Positions 19,054 through 29,968 of a DNA stretch of 36,878 nucleotides are shown piece after piece. The notes beneath the pieces were generated by a model. That model was not told the DNA's origin. It did not search any database and was given only the letters and a program-made list of their open reading frames with translations. The stretch lies in contig JBHPKP010000010.1 in NCBI GenBank assembly GCA_042566505.1, positions 1 through 36,878 on the forward strand, read 5' to 3'. This stretch comes from a bacterium (GTDB lineage: Bacteria > RUG730 > JBDRED01 > JBHPKP01). Each line of letters begins with the position of its first letter. Within the stretch, counting starts at the first letter, position 1. The translations under genes and the position numbers were made by a program.

Positions 19054-19515
19054 ATGAAGATAATCATTGCTCAATTAGCTGAAAAAAAAGAAGCCTTATA
19101 TGAAGAAAAAATTAGTACAAAAGGCTTATTTGCTGAAAATGACGGAGTAAAGGGACTTTTTGTAAAACTAAAAGCTCTTTATATTTCTAAAATGCTCATT
19201 GTAAACGGCAATATTACAGGTAAAGTTGAATCAAAATGCAATAGGTGTTTAGAATTTTTTGCAGCTGAATATGAAGCTCCATTTGAGCAAAGCTATGAAA
19301 TTACAAATCAGGATGATGAAATTTTATTAGATGAAGATATAAGACAAGCATTTTTGCTTGGATTGCCAATAAAATTTCTTTGCAATGAACAATGTAAAGG
19401 TCTCTGCGATGCATGTGGAATAAATCTTAATACTGGCAAATGTGAATGTCAGAAAAAAGAAAAAATTACTCCATTTTCGCAATTGAAAAATTTAATTAAC
19501 AAAAAAAAGAATTGA
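19054..19515 (+). CDS. yceD: YceD/DUF177 family protein (large-subunit rRNA accumulation protein)
   Basis: The C-terminal Cys cluster CNRCLEFF...CNEQCKGLCDACGINLNTGKCEC is typical of DUF177. It is immediately upstream of rpmF, as in many bacteria. Confidence 0.8.
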   Translation: MKIIIAQLAEKKEALYEEKISTKGLFAENDGVKGLFVKLKALYISKMLIVNGNITGKVESKCNRCLEFFAAEYEAPFEQSYEITNQDDEILLDEDIRQAFLLGLPIKFLCNEQCKGLCDACGINLNTGKCECQKKEKITPFSQLKNLINKKKN

Positions 19516-19530
19516 TAGCGAGGTAAAATT

Positions 19531-19737
19531 ATGCCAAATCCAAAAAGAAGACATTCTAAATCAAGAAGAGATAAAAGACGAGCAAACTGGAAATTAGAAG
19601 ACGTCCAATCAGTAAAATGTCCACAATGTGGAGACAATGTTCTTCCTCACAAAGTTTGTGCAAGTTGTGGTTATTACAAAGACGAAACAGTAATAATTGT
19701 TAAACAAACTAAGAAAAAAGAAAATAACGAAGAATAA
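19531..19737 (+). CDS. rpmF: 50S ribosomal protein L32
   Basis: MPNPKRRHSKSRRDKRRANWKL plus the CPQCG...CASCGYY zinc ribbon. Confidence 0.9.
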   Translation: MPNPKRRHSKSRRDKRRANWKLEDVQSVKCPQCGDNVLPHKVCASCGYYKDETVIIVKQTKKKENNEE

Positions 19738-19745
19738 TTTAATAA

Positions 19746-20771
19746 TTGGAGAAAAACATGAAAATTGCTGTTGATGCAATGGGTGGTGATAATGCTCCAG
19801 AAATCAATGTTTTGGGTGCTATACACGCATTAAAAGCAAAAATAGCTGACGAAATTGTTTTGGTTGGCGATGAAAATAAAATAAAAGCAAAACTTCCTAA
19901 ATTCTTTTCAAAAGATATTCCTATCTCTATAATAAATACTGATCAAATGATAGATATGCATGAGTCTCCTGCACAAGCTTGCAGACAAAAAAAAGATGCC
20001 TCAATAATGATTTGTGCGCGTTTAGTGAAAGAAGGGAAAGTGGATGCATATGTAACTGCAGGTAATTCAGGTGCTGCAATGGCTGCTGCACTTATTAACT
20101 TGCGTAGAATCAAAGGGATACATAGACCTGCAATTGCAACCATGATGCCTGACAAAGAATCTAAGTGTCTGTTACTTGATGTTGGTGCAAATGTTGATTC
20201 CAAGGCTAAGCATCTTTTGCAGTTTGCAATTATGGGTAGCGTATATATGGAACATATTTGTAATGTTAAAAATCCAAAAGTGGGATTGTTAAGTATTGGT
20301 GAAGAAGACTCGAAAGGAAATGAACTAAGTCTTGAAGCATTTGAACTTCTGAAGCAGACTCCATTGAATTTTGTTGGGAATATCGAAGGAAGGGATATTC
20401 CGCAAGGTTTAGTTGATGTTGTTGTTTGTGACGGATTTGTTGGAAATGTCGTTTTAAAGTTAGCAGAGGGGCTTGCTCTAACTGTTCTTGGTCTTTTAAA
20501 ACAAGAGATAAAGAAAAACATTGTTAGAATATTTGGTTATGGGTTATTACGAGGTGCTTTTAAAACAATTAAGAAAAAAATAGATTCCAATGAATATGGG
20601 GGTGCTCCACTTCTTGGAATTGATGGGACAGTGATAATTTCACATGGTTCATCTGATGCAAATGGAATAAAAAATGCAATTAGGGTTGCTGTTGAAAGTG
20701 TTAAACATAATCTTCCTGTAGAAATTGACAGGAAAATAAAAGAATATCATGCAGAGGATACAAATGAATAA
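19746..20771 (+). CDS. plsX: Phosphate acyltransferase PlsX
   Basis: MKIAVDAMGGDNAPE... is the canonical PlsX N-terminus. The true start is probably the internal ATG about 12 nt downstream of the track start. The gene overlaps fabH. Confidence 0.9.
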   Translation: MEKNMKIAVDAMGGDNAPEINVLGAIHALKAKIADEIVLVGDENKIKAKLPKFFSKDIPISIINTDQMIDMHESPAQACRQKKDASIMICARLVKEGKVDAYVTAGNSGAAMAAALINLRRIKGIHRPAIATMMPDKESKCLLLDVGANVDSKAKHLLQFAIMGSVYMEHICNVKNPKVGLLSIGEEDSKGNELSLEAFELLKQTPLNFVGNIEGRDIPQGLVDVVVCDGFVGNVVLKLAEGLALTVLGLLKQEIKKNIVRIFGYGLLRGAFKTIKKKIDSNEYGGAPLLGIDGTVIISHGSSDANGIKNAIRVAVESVKHNLPVEIDRKIKEYHAEDTNE

Positions 20772-21759
20772 AAAAAAGAGTGCTTGCATTATAGGGTTAG
20801 GATATTATTTGCCGGAGAAGATTTTGACAAACCAAGATTTGGAAAAAATAGTTGATACGAGTGATGAATGGATCACTACTCGAACTGGTATAAAAGAACG
20901 TAGGATAGCTGCTGAAAATGAAGCAACCTCTGACTTGGGTTATAATGCAGCAAAGAGTGCATTGGAAGCTGCAAATGTAAATCCCGAGGAAGTTGAGCTT
21001 ATTATAGTCGCAACCATCACACCTGATATGTTTTTTCCCGCAACTTCATGTCTTATCCAGCAAAAATTAGGTGCAAAAAATGCAGCAGCATTTGATATGT
21101 CAGCTGCTTGTACAGGCTATATTTATGCATTGTCAGTTGGTAAACAATTTATTGAGAATGGAACATATAAAAAAGTACTTGTAATCGCAAGTGATACAAT
21201 GTCTAGAATAACTAATTGGGAAGATCGCAACACATGTGTATTATTTGGTGATGGGGCAGGTGCTGCACTTTTGTCAGCAGAAGATTCAGACTGTGGGATA
21301 CTATCAACATATTTAGCAGCAGATGGCACGCATTCTGACCTACTATTCATGCTGGGTTGTGGATCAAGGCATCCTGCTGATCAAGATGTCATCGATAAAA
21401 AAATGCAATTTCTTCAAATGTCTGGTAATGAAGTATTTAAACTGGCAGTCGGAAGTATGCTAAAAAGTTCTGAAAATGCTTTAAATTTGGCAGGACTGGG
21501 AAAAGATGATGTATCGCTCGTTATTCCGCATCAAGCAAATCTTAGAATTATTAATGCAATTGCTAAAAGGTTAAAAATTGGATCTGAAAGATTGTATATA
21601 AACATAGAAAAATATGGAAACATGTCAGGTGCAACAGTTGCAGTTGCACTTGCTGAAGCTGCAGAACAAGATCGATTAAAAAAAGGCGATATAATATGCC
21701 TTACTGCATTTGGTGCAGGTTTAACTTCGGGAGCAGGAGTGATAAAATGGGGAAAATAG
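20749..21759 (+). CDS. fabH: 3-oxoacyl-ACP synthase III
   Basis: IIGLGYYLPEKILTNQDLEKIVDTSDEWITTRTGIKERRIA, the active-site region AACTGYIYAL, and C-terminal GAGLTSGAGVIKW. Confidence 0.9.
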   Translation: MQRIQMNKKKSACIIGLGYYLPEKILTNQDLEKIVDTSDEWITTRTGIKERRIAAENEATSDLGYNAAKSALEAANVNPEEVELIIVATITPDMFFPATSCLIQQKLGAKNAAAFDMSAACTGYIYALSVGKQFIENGTYKKVLVIASDTMSRITNWEDRNTCVLFGDGAGAALLSAEDSDCGILSTYLAADGTHSDLLFMLGCGSRHPADQDVIDKKMQFLQMSGNEVFKLAVGSMLKSSENALNLAGLGKDDVSLVIPHQANLRIINAIAKRLKIGSERLYINIEKYGNMSGATVAVALAEAAEQDRLKKGDIICLTAFGAGLTSGAGVIKWGK

Positions 21760-22694
21760 CATTTGTCTTTCCAGGGCAGGGTGCGCAATTCATTGGGATG
21801 GGAAAGGATTTTTATGATACTTTCACGTCTTCAAAAAACATCTTTGAACAAGGAAATGAAATTCTAGGTAGGAATCTTACAGAAATCATTTTTTCAGGCA
21901 ATGAACATGAATTAAAGCAAACTCAAAATGCGCAGGCAGGAATATTTTTAATGAGCATAGCGATTTATTCGGTAATAAAGGATAGACTTGTTCCTGATTA
22001 TGCAGCAGGCCACAGTCTTGGTGAGTATACTGCACTTTGCGCATCTGAAGTTTTTGACCTCAAAACGTGTACTAATCTTGTCAAAAAAAGAGGTGAATTC
22101 ATAAATCAGGATGTTTGTGAAAATGTTGGCGGCATGATAGCAGTCATTGGGATGGAAGAAGATTCTATAAATGAAGTTATTGAAGGGATCAAAAAAGATA
22201 GTGATAACTATGTTGGTGTTGCAAATTATAACTCTATTGGACAAATTGTAATAAGTTACGAAGGCGATGAAACATTTAGAAATCAAGTTGTTGAACAATT
22301 TACAAAAAATGGTGCCAAGAGAGCACTTCCACTCAATGTTGCAGGTGCATTTCATTCACCACTTGTTGATGGAGCTGCATATAGAATGCAAGATGAGCTC
22401 AAAGAAACTGAAGTCAAGCATCCTCAAATACCGGTTATTTTTAATTACAATGCAGATATTGTAAATGATATTGAAGATATCAAAACTATGATGGTCAATC
22501 AAATTAAGTCTCCTGTTCAGTGGATAAATACAATCAATCATCTTGGATCAGCTGATGTTGATACAATTATTGAAATTGGGCCGGGAAAAGTTTTGACAGG
22601 ACTTAATAAACGAATAAACAAGAATTTCAATTTAATGAATATAGAAAAAATTAGTGATCTAGAAAAAATAGAAGCTGTTTTAGTAAATAAATAG
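21747..22694 (+). CDS. fabD: Malonyl-CoA:ACP transacylase
   Basis: MGKIAFVFPGQGAQFIGMG and GHSLGEYTALCASEV (active-site Ser). AGGAG lies upstream of the ATG at 21747, which overlaps the fabH stop. The track ORF starts earlier at 21696. Confidence 0.9.
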   Translation: MGKIAFVFPGQGAQFIGMGKDFYDTFTSSKNIFEQGNEILGRNLTEIIFSGNEHELKQTQNAQAGIFLMSIAIYSVIKDRLVPDYAAGHSLGEYTALCASEVFDLKTCTNLVKKRGEFINQDVCENVGGMIAVIGMEEDSINEVIEGIKKDSDNYVGVANYNSIGQIVISYEGDETFRNQVVEQFTKNGAKRALPLNVAGAFHSPLVDGAAYRMQDELKETEVKHPQIPVIFNYNADIVNDIEDIKTMMVNQIKSPVQWINTINHLGSADVDTIIEIGPGKVLTGLNKRINKNFNLMNIEKISDLEKIEAVLVNK

Positions 22695-22719
22695 AAGCTA
22701 AGTCTCGCCTAATAATATG

Positions 22720-22756
22720 AAAACCTTCGGTTGTAATAGCCGGAGGTTTTTTTTTG
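22720..22756. terminator. Bidirectional terminator between fabD (+) and polX (-)
   Basis: AAAACCTTCGG-ttgtaatag-CCGGAGGTTTTTTTTT is an imperfect stem flanked by an A-run and a T-run. Confidence 0.6.
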
Positions 22757-22763
22757 TGCAATA

Positions 22764-24479
22764 TTATTTTCTAAGTTTATAAATGAGTTCTTCATATTCC
22801 AAACAATTCAGCACATCTTTTTTTTCAAGATATCCTCTTCGAGCTGTCATCAGTCCAAATTTTATATTATCCATCTGATCAATTGAGTGTGCATCAGATC
22901 CAAAAGTCATAATTACACCATTTTCTTTTGCCTTCTTACAGTTTAAATCATTCAAATCAAGTCTATCAGGATAACAATTGATTTCTAAGGCTGTATTTGT
23001 CTCTTTGGCAGCTTTAATCACTGCATCAATATCAACTGCATAAGGTTCACGTGTTCCTATTAGCCTACCTGTTGGATGTGCAAATATATTAACAAAGGGA
23101 TTTCCCATAGCTTTCAAAATACGATTAGTCATAGTTTTTTCGTCCTGCTTAAAGTTTGTATGAATTGCTGCGATTACAATATCGAACATTTTGAGTATTT
23201 CATTCGGATAATCAAGTGATCCATCATTTGTAACATCAACTTCAGCACCTGCAAGAATCTTTATGTTTTTATATTTCATATTTACTTGTTTAATTTCTTC
23301 GAGTTTTTGCATGACTTTAGATTCAGATAAACCATTTGCAATCTTTAAAGTTTGAGAATGATCTACAATTGCAGCATATTCATATCCTTTAGAAATAGCT
23401 TTTTTTGCAATATCCTCGATGGAGTTATAACCATCACTATAGTTTGAATGAACATGCAGATCACCTTTAACATCAGATAATTCAACAAGCTTCGGAATTT
23501 TGTTTTCACGACTTAATTGAATCTCACCTTGATCTTCTCTGAGTTCTGGTGGAATGTATTGTAGTCCCAATGTTTTATAAACTTCGTTCTCATTTTTTCC
23601 AGCCAGCATTTTATTGCTTTTTTCATCGAAAAGTCCATATTCATTGATTTTCTGATTTTTTTTCATAGCTATCCTTCTCAATTCAATATTATGCTGTTTT
23701 GATCCTGTAAAATACACTAAAGCAGCACCCCAAGATGAATCATCTATTACACGCAGATCAACTTGAATATTTGTGTTTGTTATAATACTCGATTTTGTCT
23801 GACCGTGAGCAGTGACTTGTTTTACAATAGGCATGGAAGTAAATGCATCCATAGTTTCTTCAGCTTTTTTTGAACTGACCAAAATATCAATATCGCGAAT
23901 ACTTTCTTTTCCTCGCCGCAAACTGCCTGCATAACTTATGTTTTTAATAGACTGAAGTTTTTTTAAGTTATTAATAATTTGTTCAGCAGTAAACAAAGCA
24001 GTCTGTAAGTTCATAAATTGCGACGATTCATTTAAAAGTCTAATACCTTTTAAAATATTTTCTTCTGTTTTTTGTTTAATACCAGGCAAACCGCTGATCT
24101 CATGGTGGAGTGCTTTTTTTTCGAGATCACGAAGACTTTTTAGTTCCAACTTGTCATACAAAAGTTTTGCGGTTTTTGGTCCAACACCTTGAATTAGTGT
24201 CATCTTCATGAGAATTTCCGGTGTATTATGTTTCAAGGTCTCATATGATTCAATGTTCCCGGTTTCTAAATATTCTTTGATTTTTGACTCGAGATCTTTA
24301 CCAACACCCGAGATGGATGATAGGGAATCATCTTTATAAAATTCTTCTATACTTTTTACCAGTGATTCAATATTATTTGCAGCTCGTCGATATGCTTTGA
24401 TTTTAAATGGATTTTCATCACGAAGTTCAAGTATGTCTGCAATTTCATTAAATATGTGTGCTATTTCTTTGTTTTTCAT
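22764..24479 (-). CDS. polX: DNA polymerase X family protein with C-terminal PHP phosphoesterase domain
   Basis: An N-terminal HhH/pol-beta-like region (GVGPKTA, nucleotidyltransferase GSLRRGKESIRDIDIL) and a PHP domain (DLHVHSNYSDG...HPTGRL...GSDAHS). Confidence 0.85.
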   Translation of the reverse strand: MKNKEIAHIFNEIADILELRDENPFKIKAYRRAANNIESLVKSIEEFYKDDSLSSISGVGKDLESKIKEYLETGNIESYETLKHNTPEILMKMTLIQGVGPKTAKLLYDKLELKSLRDLEKKALHHEISGLPGIKQKTEENILKGIRLLNESSQFMNLQTALFTAEQIINNLKKLQSIKNISYAGSLRRGKESIRDIDILVSSKKAEETMDAFTSMPIVKQVTAHGQTKSSIITNTNIQVDLRVIDDSSWGAALVYFTGSKQHNIELRRIAMKKNQKINEYGLFDEKSNKMLAGKNENEVYKTLGLQYIPPELREDQGEIQLSRENKIPKLVELSDVKGDLHVHSNYSDGYNSIEDIAKKAISKGYEYAAIVDHSQTLKIANGLSESKVMQKLEEIKQVNMKYKNIKILAGAEVDVTNDGSLDYPNEILKMFDIVIAAIHTNFKQDEKTMTNRILKAMGNPFVNIFAHPTGRLIGTREPYAVDIDAVIKAAKETNTALEINCYPDRLDLNDLNCKKAKENGVIMTFGSDAHSIDQMDNIKFGLMTARRGYLEKKDVLNCLEYEELIYKLRK

Positions 24480-24554
24480 TGTGAAAACCTCTATAATTTA
24501 TTAAATTGATTAATTATTATATAAAATTAAATTTAATAAATTTAGGAGAAACTC

Positions 24555-25571
24555 ATGATAAATCACATAATTTGGAAAAACAATAAACTGATTTGTTTAG
24601 ATCAGACAAAACTTCCACTTAAAAAAGAATTCTTTCAATGCAAAAATTATTCAGATGCCTGTAAGTCGATAAAAGATATGATTGTAAGAGGTGCGCCACT
24701 AATTGGAATAACTGCTGCATATGGAATTGCGCAAGCTGTTTATCAAAAACCTACTCTAACGAAAATATATTTTGCGAAAGTGTGTAATGACTTTACAAAA
24801 ACCAGACCAACAGCAGTAAATTTATTTTGGGCAATAGATAGAATGAAAAAAGTATTTTATAAAAACTATAATAAAAAGAATCTTTCACAAATACTTATTT
24901 CAGAAGCTAAAAGAATTCATAAAGATGATATTGAAATCAACAAGAAAATAGGTTTGAATGGTCAAAAACTCATCAAAAAGAAGATTAACATTTTAACGCA
25001 TTGCAATGCTGGAGCTTTGGCAACTGCAGGGTATGGCACAGCGCTTGGTGTTATTCGGGCTTTGCACGAAAAAGGTAGAGTAAATATGGTTTATGTGGAT
25101 GAGACCAGACCGTATTTGCAAGGCGCACGTCTTACTGCTTGGGAACTTATGGAAGATAAAATTCCATGTAAGTTAAATTGCGATAATATGGCAGGCTATC
25201 TTATGTCCAAGGGTTTGATTGATCTGGTTGTAGTTGGTGCTGATAGAGTTGCTGCAAATGGTGATGCTGCAAACAAAATTGGTAGTTATTCATTATCGAT
25301 ACTTGCAAAATATCACAGAATCCCATTTTGGGTTGCAGCGCCTGTTTCTACGTTCGACATGAAAACAAAAAATGGTAATGATATCATTATCGAAGAACGT
25401 CCTATCGAAGAAGTGACTCATTGTAATGGCAAACTTATAACTCTCAAAAAAATGAAAGCTGTTAATCCGTCATTTGATGTTGTTCCATTTAAAAATATTT
25501 CTGCGATTATTACGGAAATGGGAGTAATAACTAAATTACAAGATATAAAAAATATTACCCAACGTAAATAA
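24555..25571 (+). CDS. mtnA: Methylthioribose-1-phosphate isomerase (eIF-2B alpha/beta/delta-like family)
   Basis: RGAPLIGITAAYG, TRPTAVNLFWA, ILTHCNAGALATAGYGTALGVIRA and GADRVAANGDAANKIGSY are the MtnA/eIF2B signatures. Confidence 0.8.
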   Translation: MINHIIWKNNKLICLDQTKLPLKKEFFQCKNYSDACKSIKDMIVRGAPLIGITAAYGIAQAVYQKPTLTKIYFAKVCNDFTKTRPTAVNLFWAIDRMKKVFYKNYNKKNLSQILISEAKRIHKDDIEINKKIGLNGQKLIKKKINILTHCNAGALATAGYGTALGVIRALHEKGRVNMVYVDETRPYLQGARLTAWELMEDKIPCKLNCDNMAGYLMSKGLIDLVVVGADRVAANGDAANKIGSYSLSILAKYHRIPFWVAAPVSTFDMKTKNGNDIIIEERPIEEVTHCNGKLITLKKMKAVNPSFDVVPFKNISAIITEMGVITKLQDIKNITQRK

Positions 25572-25652
25572 TGTATTGAATACCATTTTGTTTTCTACTA
25601 TAATTATTAACTTAAAATCGTCGAAAAAAAAATATTTAAGTAAGGATATCAA

Positions 25653-26335
25653 ATGCACGATTCAAAAAAAATTAATTTACCAAAAACATCTTTTTCCATG
25701 AAAGCAAATTTGGCAAACAAAGAACCAATGATGCAAAAAGACTGGGAAAAGAATAAAATATATTCAAAGATTCTCGATAAAAATAAATCCAATAAACATT
25801 ATATTCTGCATGATGGTCCTCCATATGCAAATGGCAATATTCATATTGGGCATGCCTTAAATAAAATCTTAAAAGACATAATCATTAAGTTTGAAATGAT
25901 GAAAGGAAATTATGCGCCATATGTTCCGGGTTGGGATTGTCATGGTCTTCCGATAGAGTTTCAGCTTTTAAAAGAAATGAATACTGACAAAAATAAAGTT
26001 GATCAGCTTGACTTTCGAAAAAAAGCAGCAAAATTTGCAAAGAAATGGATCAAAATTCAAAAAGAGGAATTTAAAAGACTTGGAATTTTTGGTGATTGGG
26101 AAAATTCATATCTTACACTTGATCCAAAATATGAAGCAGTTATTATTAGATCGTTTAAAGAAATTGCAAAAAAAGGTTATATTTATCGAGGACAAAAGCC
26201 TGTATATTGGTGTAAGTCATGTGAAACAGCATTAGCAGAAGCCGAAGTAGAATACGCTGACCACAAGTCACCATCTGTATTTGTGAAATTTCCGTTAAGA
26301 CAAATAGACTTAAAAATTATAGATGACATAAAAAA
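25653..26335 (+). pseudogene. ileS: 5' fragment of isoleucyl-tRNA synthetase, about 225 codons of an expected ~1000 or more
   Basis: HIGH motif region [38 protein letters not shown] and [32 protein letters not shown]. Homology stops near 26335. The rest of the ORF, to 26546, is the antisense of the mutS fragment. Confidence 0.7.
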
Positions 26336-27520
26336 TACTTTTATTATTTCATTTGAACTTTGCAGGCTTTCACAAATTTTAGGTAAAATTTCAAGCGACA
26401 TTTTTAGTCCAACAATATCACGAGGAGTATTTGCATTACATGAAATCCTACTAATTAACCTATCAATATCACGTATATTTTTTAGATTTTCCCTAATAGA
26501 TTCCCGAATACTATTATTTTCAACGAAGAATTTTACAATTTTTTGACGTATTTTAATTTTTTTACTATCTAATAAAGGCTTTAATAACCAATCTTTAATT
26601 TTCCTTGAACCCATTGGAGTAAGTGTAGTGTCAATGCAGTCTAAAAGACTGTGCTTCCTTTTTCTAGTGTAATAATTTTCTACAAGTTCTAGATGCCTTA
26701 TTGTATTTTCATTCATAAGCATGAAGTGATTTGGATTATATATTTTAATTTGTTTAAGATGTTCAGATGCAGACTTATAATTTCTCGTTACATAATTGAG
26801 CATGTTAATACTGGCATTGAATAATGTTTTAGATGTTATGTTTTTTTTGACAACTTTATTAACCAAATTTTCATTAAGTAGGTTTGCATCTGAATAATTG
26901 TTATCAAGACTTGTTGAAATTGCAGAAATATTTTTTTTAATTGTGTTTATTAAAGGTAAATTATCAAATTCTGCAGGTAAAATTATTTCAGTTGGTGAGT
27001 ATTTTTTGATTTCTGAAATTATAGAATCAATATCATTTAAATTATCAAATAATGCTCCTAGAAAATCACCTGTTGAAATATCAATAATTGTTAGACCAAG
27101 TTCATTTGTGTCAAGATCGGGAAATAAACCTAAGATGTAATTATTATTTTTTTCATCGAGCATATTCTCCTCAACTACAGTGCCGGGGGACATAACTCTT
27201 ACTACTCCGCGCTTTACAATTTTTGTTCCTTTTGAAGGTTCCTCTAATTGTTCACATACACCTATTTTATTCCCGGATTTTAAAAGTTTCGACATGTAAT
27301 TGCCTGCACTATGATGAGGTACACCGCACATTGGTATACCATTTCTTTTGGTGAGCGTAATACTTAAAATTTGTGATGCTTTTTTTGCATCATCTTCAAA
27401 CATTTCATAAAAATCACCCAAACGAAAAAAAACAATAATATCAGGATATTTATTTTTTACCTCATAATACTGTTTCATGAGAGGTGTAACATTTGTGTTT
27501 GGAGCAGCTTTTTGGGTCAT
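26336..27520 (-). pseudogene. mutS: 5' fragment of DNA mismatch repair protein MutS (mismatch-binding, connector and part of the core domain only; no ATPase domain)
   Basis: TPLMKQYYEVKNKYPDIIVFFRLGDFYEMFEDDA...PMCGVPHHS...IGVCEQ (domain I) and LDCIDTTLTPMGSRKIKDWLLKP (domain III start). Homology ends at about aa 393. The ORF tail, to 26183, is the antisense of ileS. Confidence 0.7.
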
Positions 27521-27529
27521 TTATTTTTC

Positions 27530-27811
27530 CTACTGCATCCAATTACCAAGACACTCAATGACTTTTAGAGCTTGTTCCTTATTCGAAATGTTAAATTTGG
27601 ATTTTTGGCTATACATATCATTTTGTTTTCTATATCTTCTTATTGAGTATTTATCAGCACTATATTTATTATTTTTAGGTTCCCACTGTTGATATTTAAA
27701 AATAATTGTAGTCCATGCTCCTCTGGTTAAAACATGTTTATCCAGTTCTTTTACCAGAACAACCCCATCTTCTTCATAAGTAATCGTAATATCATCTATT
27801 GTTGCAAACAT
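27530..27811 (-). CDS. Hypothetical 93-aa protein between the AlbA_2 gene fragment and mutS
   Basis: An ORF tightly packed on the same strand, with 9-nt gaps to both neighbours. No family was recognised. Confidence 0.35.
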   Translation of the reverse strand: MFATIDDITITYEEDGVVLVKELDKHVLTRGAWTTIIFKYQQWEPKNNKYSADKYSIRRYRKQNDMYSQKSKFNISNKEQALKVIECLGNWMQ

Positions 27812-27819
27812 ACGCCCTC

Positions 27820-28359
27820 CTATTTATTTTTTATAGTTATGGTGTAGTATCCACCAGCTTTTCTACTGCCTTTACGCTCAATTAGATTTAACTCTATTAA
27901 TGCATTTATTTGTCGTTCTATCGTCGCAAGTGACCTATCATTGAACTTTGTTGATAAGTCTTTCGCTTTTATTCCGGGATTATCAGATATAGTTTTATAC
28001 AATGTTTTTAATCCCTCATTTAATCCCTCAGAAGTAGACGCTTTCGTTTTATATAAAGTAACTACAAAATTAGAACCGATTTCTTCATATGCTGGTTCCG
28101 GTAGTTCAGCATCTTTTATTAAAGTATTTATTTTTTGTATTCCGGATCCCCAACGTTCTACATATCCCGTAAAATACAGCATTTCAGCAATAGCCGGATT
28201 ACGCAGTACAGATTTATGTTTTTTATTTAAATCTTTAAGTCTAATACCGTCAGGAAGTCTTCCAGGTGACCATATTTCAACACGATCATCGAAGACAGCT
28301 ATGTCTATATGCCCAGAAATCATATAATCTCTATGAATAACAGCATTGACGATTGGTAT
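27820..28359 (-). pseudogene. C-terminal half (HATPase_c_4-like plus wHTH) of an AlbA_2-domain Schlafen-like putative regulator, separated from its N-terminal half by a mobile element
   Basis: Begins ...IVNAVIHRDY, the conserved motif joining the AlbA_2 and HATPase_c_4 domains. Continues ...VEIWSPGRLP..., WGSGIQKI, and a C-terminal wHTH. The track ORF starts at a TTG at 28377, which lies inside the element. Confidence 0.7.
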
Positions 28360-29968
28360 ACAATTGGTAATTTTCAATATTTTGCTCCTTGTAACTATTA
28401 GTAATAGGTATACAATGTTTAATAGTAATTCCTTCTGGAGATACGAGCACTTCCTTCACAATAAGACGCAATATTTTTTGACGTTCTTCTAAATTCAAAT
28501 TATTTGCTGATTGACCTAAATTCTTTAAAAATCCTTCAAGATTATCAGCAAAATCTAATTGTTGCTGCTGATTTAAAAATTTCATCTCCAAAGACTCCAA
28601 CTCTACTTTTAATGTTGTTTCTCTTTTCCTTAAATCCGGCATCCTCTCACGCAACTCAGACAATGGAAGCAAATCTTCTTGATATGCATCAAGCAATTTG
28701 TCCATGCCTTTCTTAATTCGAATTTGTTCTTTGATAAGCTTATCTTTGCGAATTTGAATTGGCGCTGTCTCCTGTGCTCTTTTAGCTTTTTTATTAATTT
28801 CTGCTCGAACTATTTCAGGATTCTCTAAAAGCTTCATCACTTCACTCCATACTAATTCATCCAAATAATCTTGCCGAATAGGACGATTTGAGCAAACCTT
28901 CTCTACACCCATCCTCCAACGTTCTGAACGCGAACAACGATAATAATGTAGCTTCTCTCCTTTCCTATTATACTTAGGTCCTGACACACGGTATATTGCA
29001 TAACCACATGACTCACAAACCAAAAGACCCTGCAATAGTGTATTAATTTTTGTATTACGTGTAGAAAAATGCTTATTCTTTGATAAGCGTTCTCGAGCTA
29101 ATTCAAATGTTTCTTTAGAAATGATTGGCAATACAGGCACAGATATCCACTCACTTTCAGGTCTTTCACGAGTCAAGTATCCTTTTGCAGGTTTTCCTCT
29201 CCAACGATTCCTTTTAGACTTAACATCCCTTATGCTTTCATGTCTTCCAAATGCTGCTTGGCCTTTATACGCGGGATTTTTTAATAGCTGGGCAACTGTC
29301 CGTGGCAACCATTTCCCTTTTCCTGTACTTGTACTAACTCCCTCTTGATTTAGCCATCTCGCAATACCTAATATTGATTTTCCTTCCTCACTATATGCTT
29401 CGAATACTCGACGTACCACTTCTGCTTGTTCTTCTACTATTTCATATGATGCATTATTATATTCCGTCTTTTTGTTATAACGATATCCATATGGAGCACG
29501 ACTAAGAACATTCACATTCCCCATTTTTGCCTGATGTTTCTTCCCTCTTCGGCTTCGTTCTACTATTTGCGCTCGTTCATATTCTGCTATCATACCTTGA
29601 AACTGCAGCAATAATTCCTCTTCAGGCGTATTTGCCTTTGGCGATTTTATAAATATTATTTCTGCTCCTGCTCGATTAAATTCTTCTATTAATAATACTT
29701 GATATGCATATTTCCGACTTAATCTATCTGGAGAATATATCAATACTTTCTCTATTTGACCTTCACTTGTTAAATCTCTCAATCTTTCTAGTCCTGGTCG
29801 GTTTAAATATGCTCCACTATATCCATCATCTTTAAAATACCATTCATCAGGAATTTTGTAACCTTGCTCAGATGCATATTCTTTTAATGCGTTTACTTGA
29901 CTATCTATTGTATGATCTTCCTTTTGACGATCAGATGATACCCGCGTATATATCGCTGCTAATTTCAA
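28331..29968 (-). CDS. Large serine recombinase (resolvase/invertase catalytic domain, recombinase domain, zinc ribbon and coiled coil)
   Basis: N-terminal AAIYTRVSSDRQ (catalytic Ser), the zinc ribbon CESCGYAIYRVSGP...YYRCS, and a C-terminal coiled-coil region. The 545-aa length is typical of phage-integrase and transposon-type serine recombinases. Confidence 0.9.
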   Translation of the reverse strand: MKLAAIYTRVSSDRQKEDHTIDSQVNALKEYASEQGYKIPDEWYFKDDGYSGAYLNRPGLERLRDLTSEGQIEKVLIYSPDRLSRKYAYQVLLIEEFNRAGAEIIFIKSPKANTPEEELLLQFQGMIAEYERAQIVERSRRGKKHQAKMGNVNVLSRAPYGYRYNKKTEYNNASYEIVEEQAEVVRRVFEAYSEEGKSILGIARWLNQEGVSTSTGKGKWLPRTVAQLLKNPAYKGQAAFGRHESIRDVKSKRNRWRGKPAKGYLTRERPESEWISVPVLPIISKETFELARERLSKNKHFSTRNTKINTLLQGLLVCESCGYAIYRVSGPKYNRKGEKLHYYRCSRSERWRMGVEKVCSNRPIRQDYLDELVWSEVMKLLENPEIVRAEINKKAKRAQETAPIQIRKDKLIKEQIRIKKGMDKLLDAYQEDLLPLSELRERMPDLRKRETTLKVELESLEMKFLNQQQQLDFADNLEGFLKNLGQSANNLNLEERQKILRLIVKEVLVSPEGITIKHCIPITNSYKEQNIENYQLYTNRQCCYS

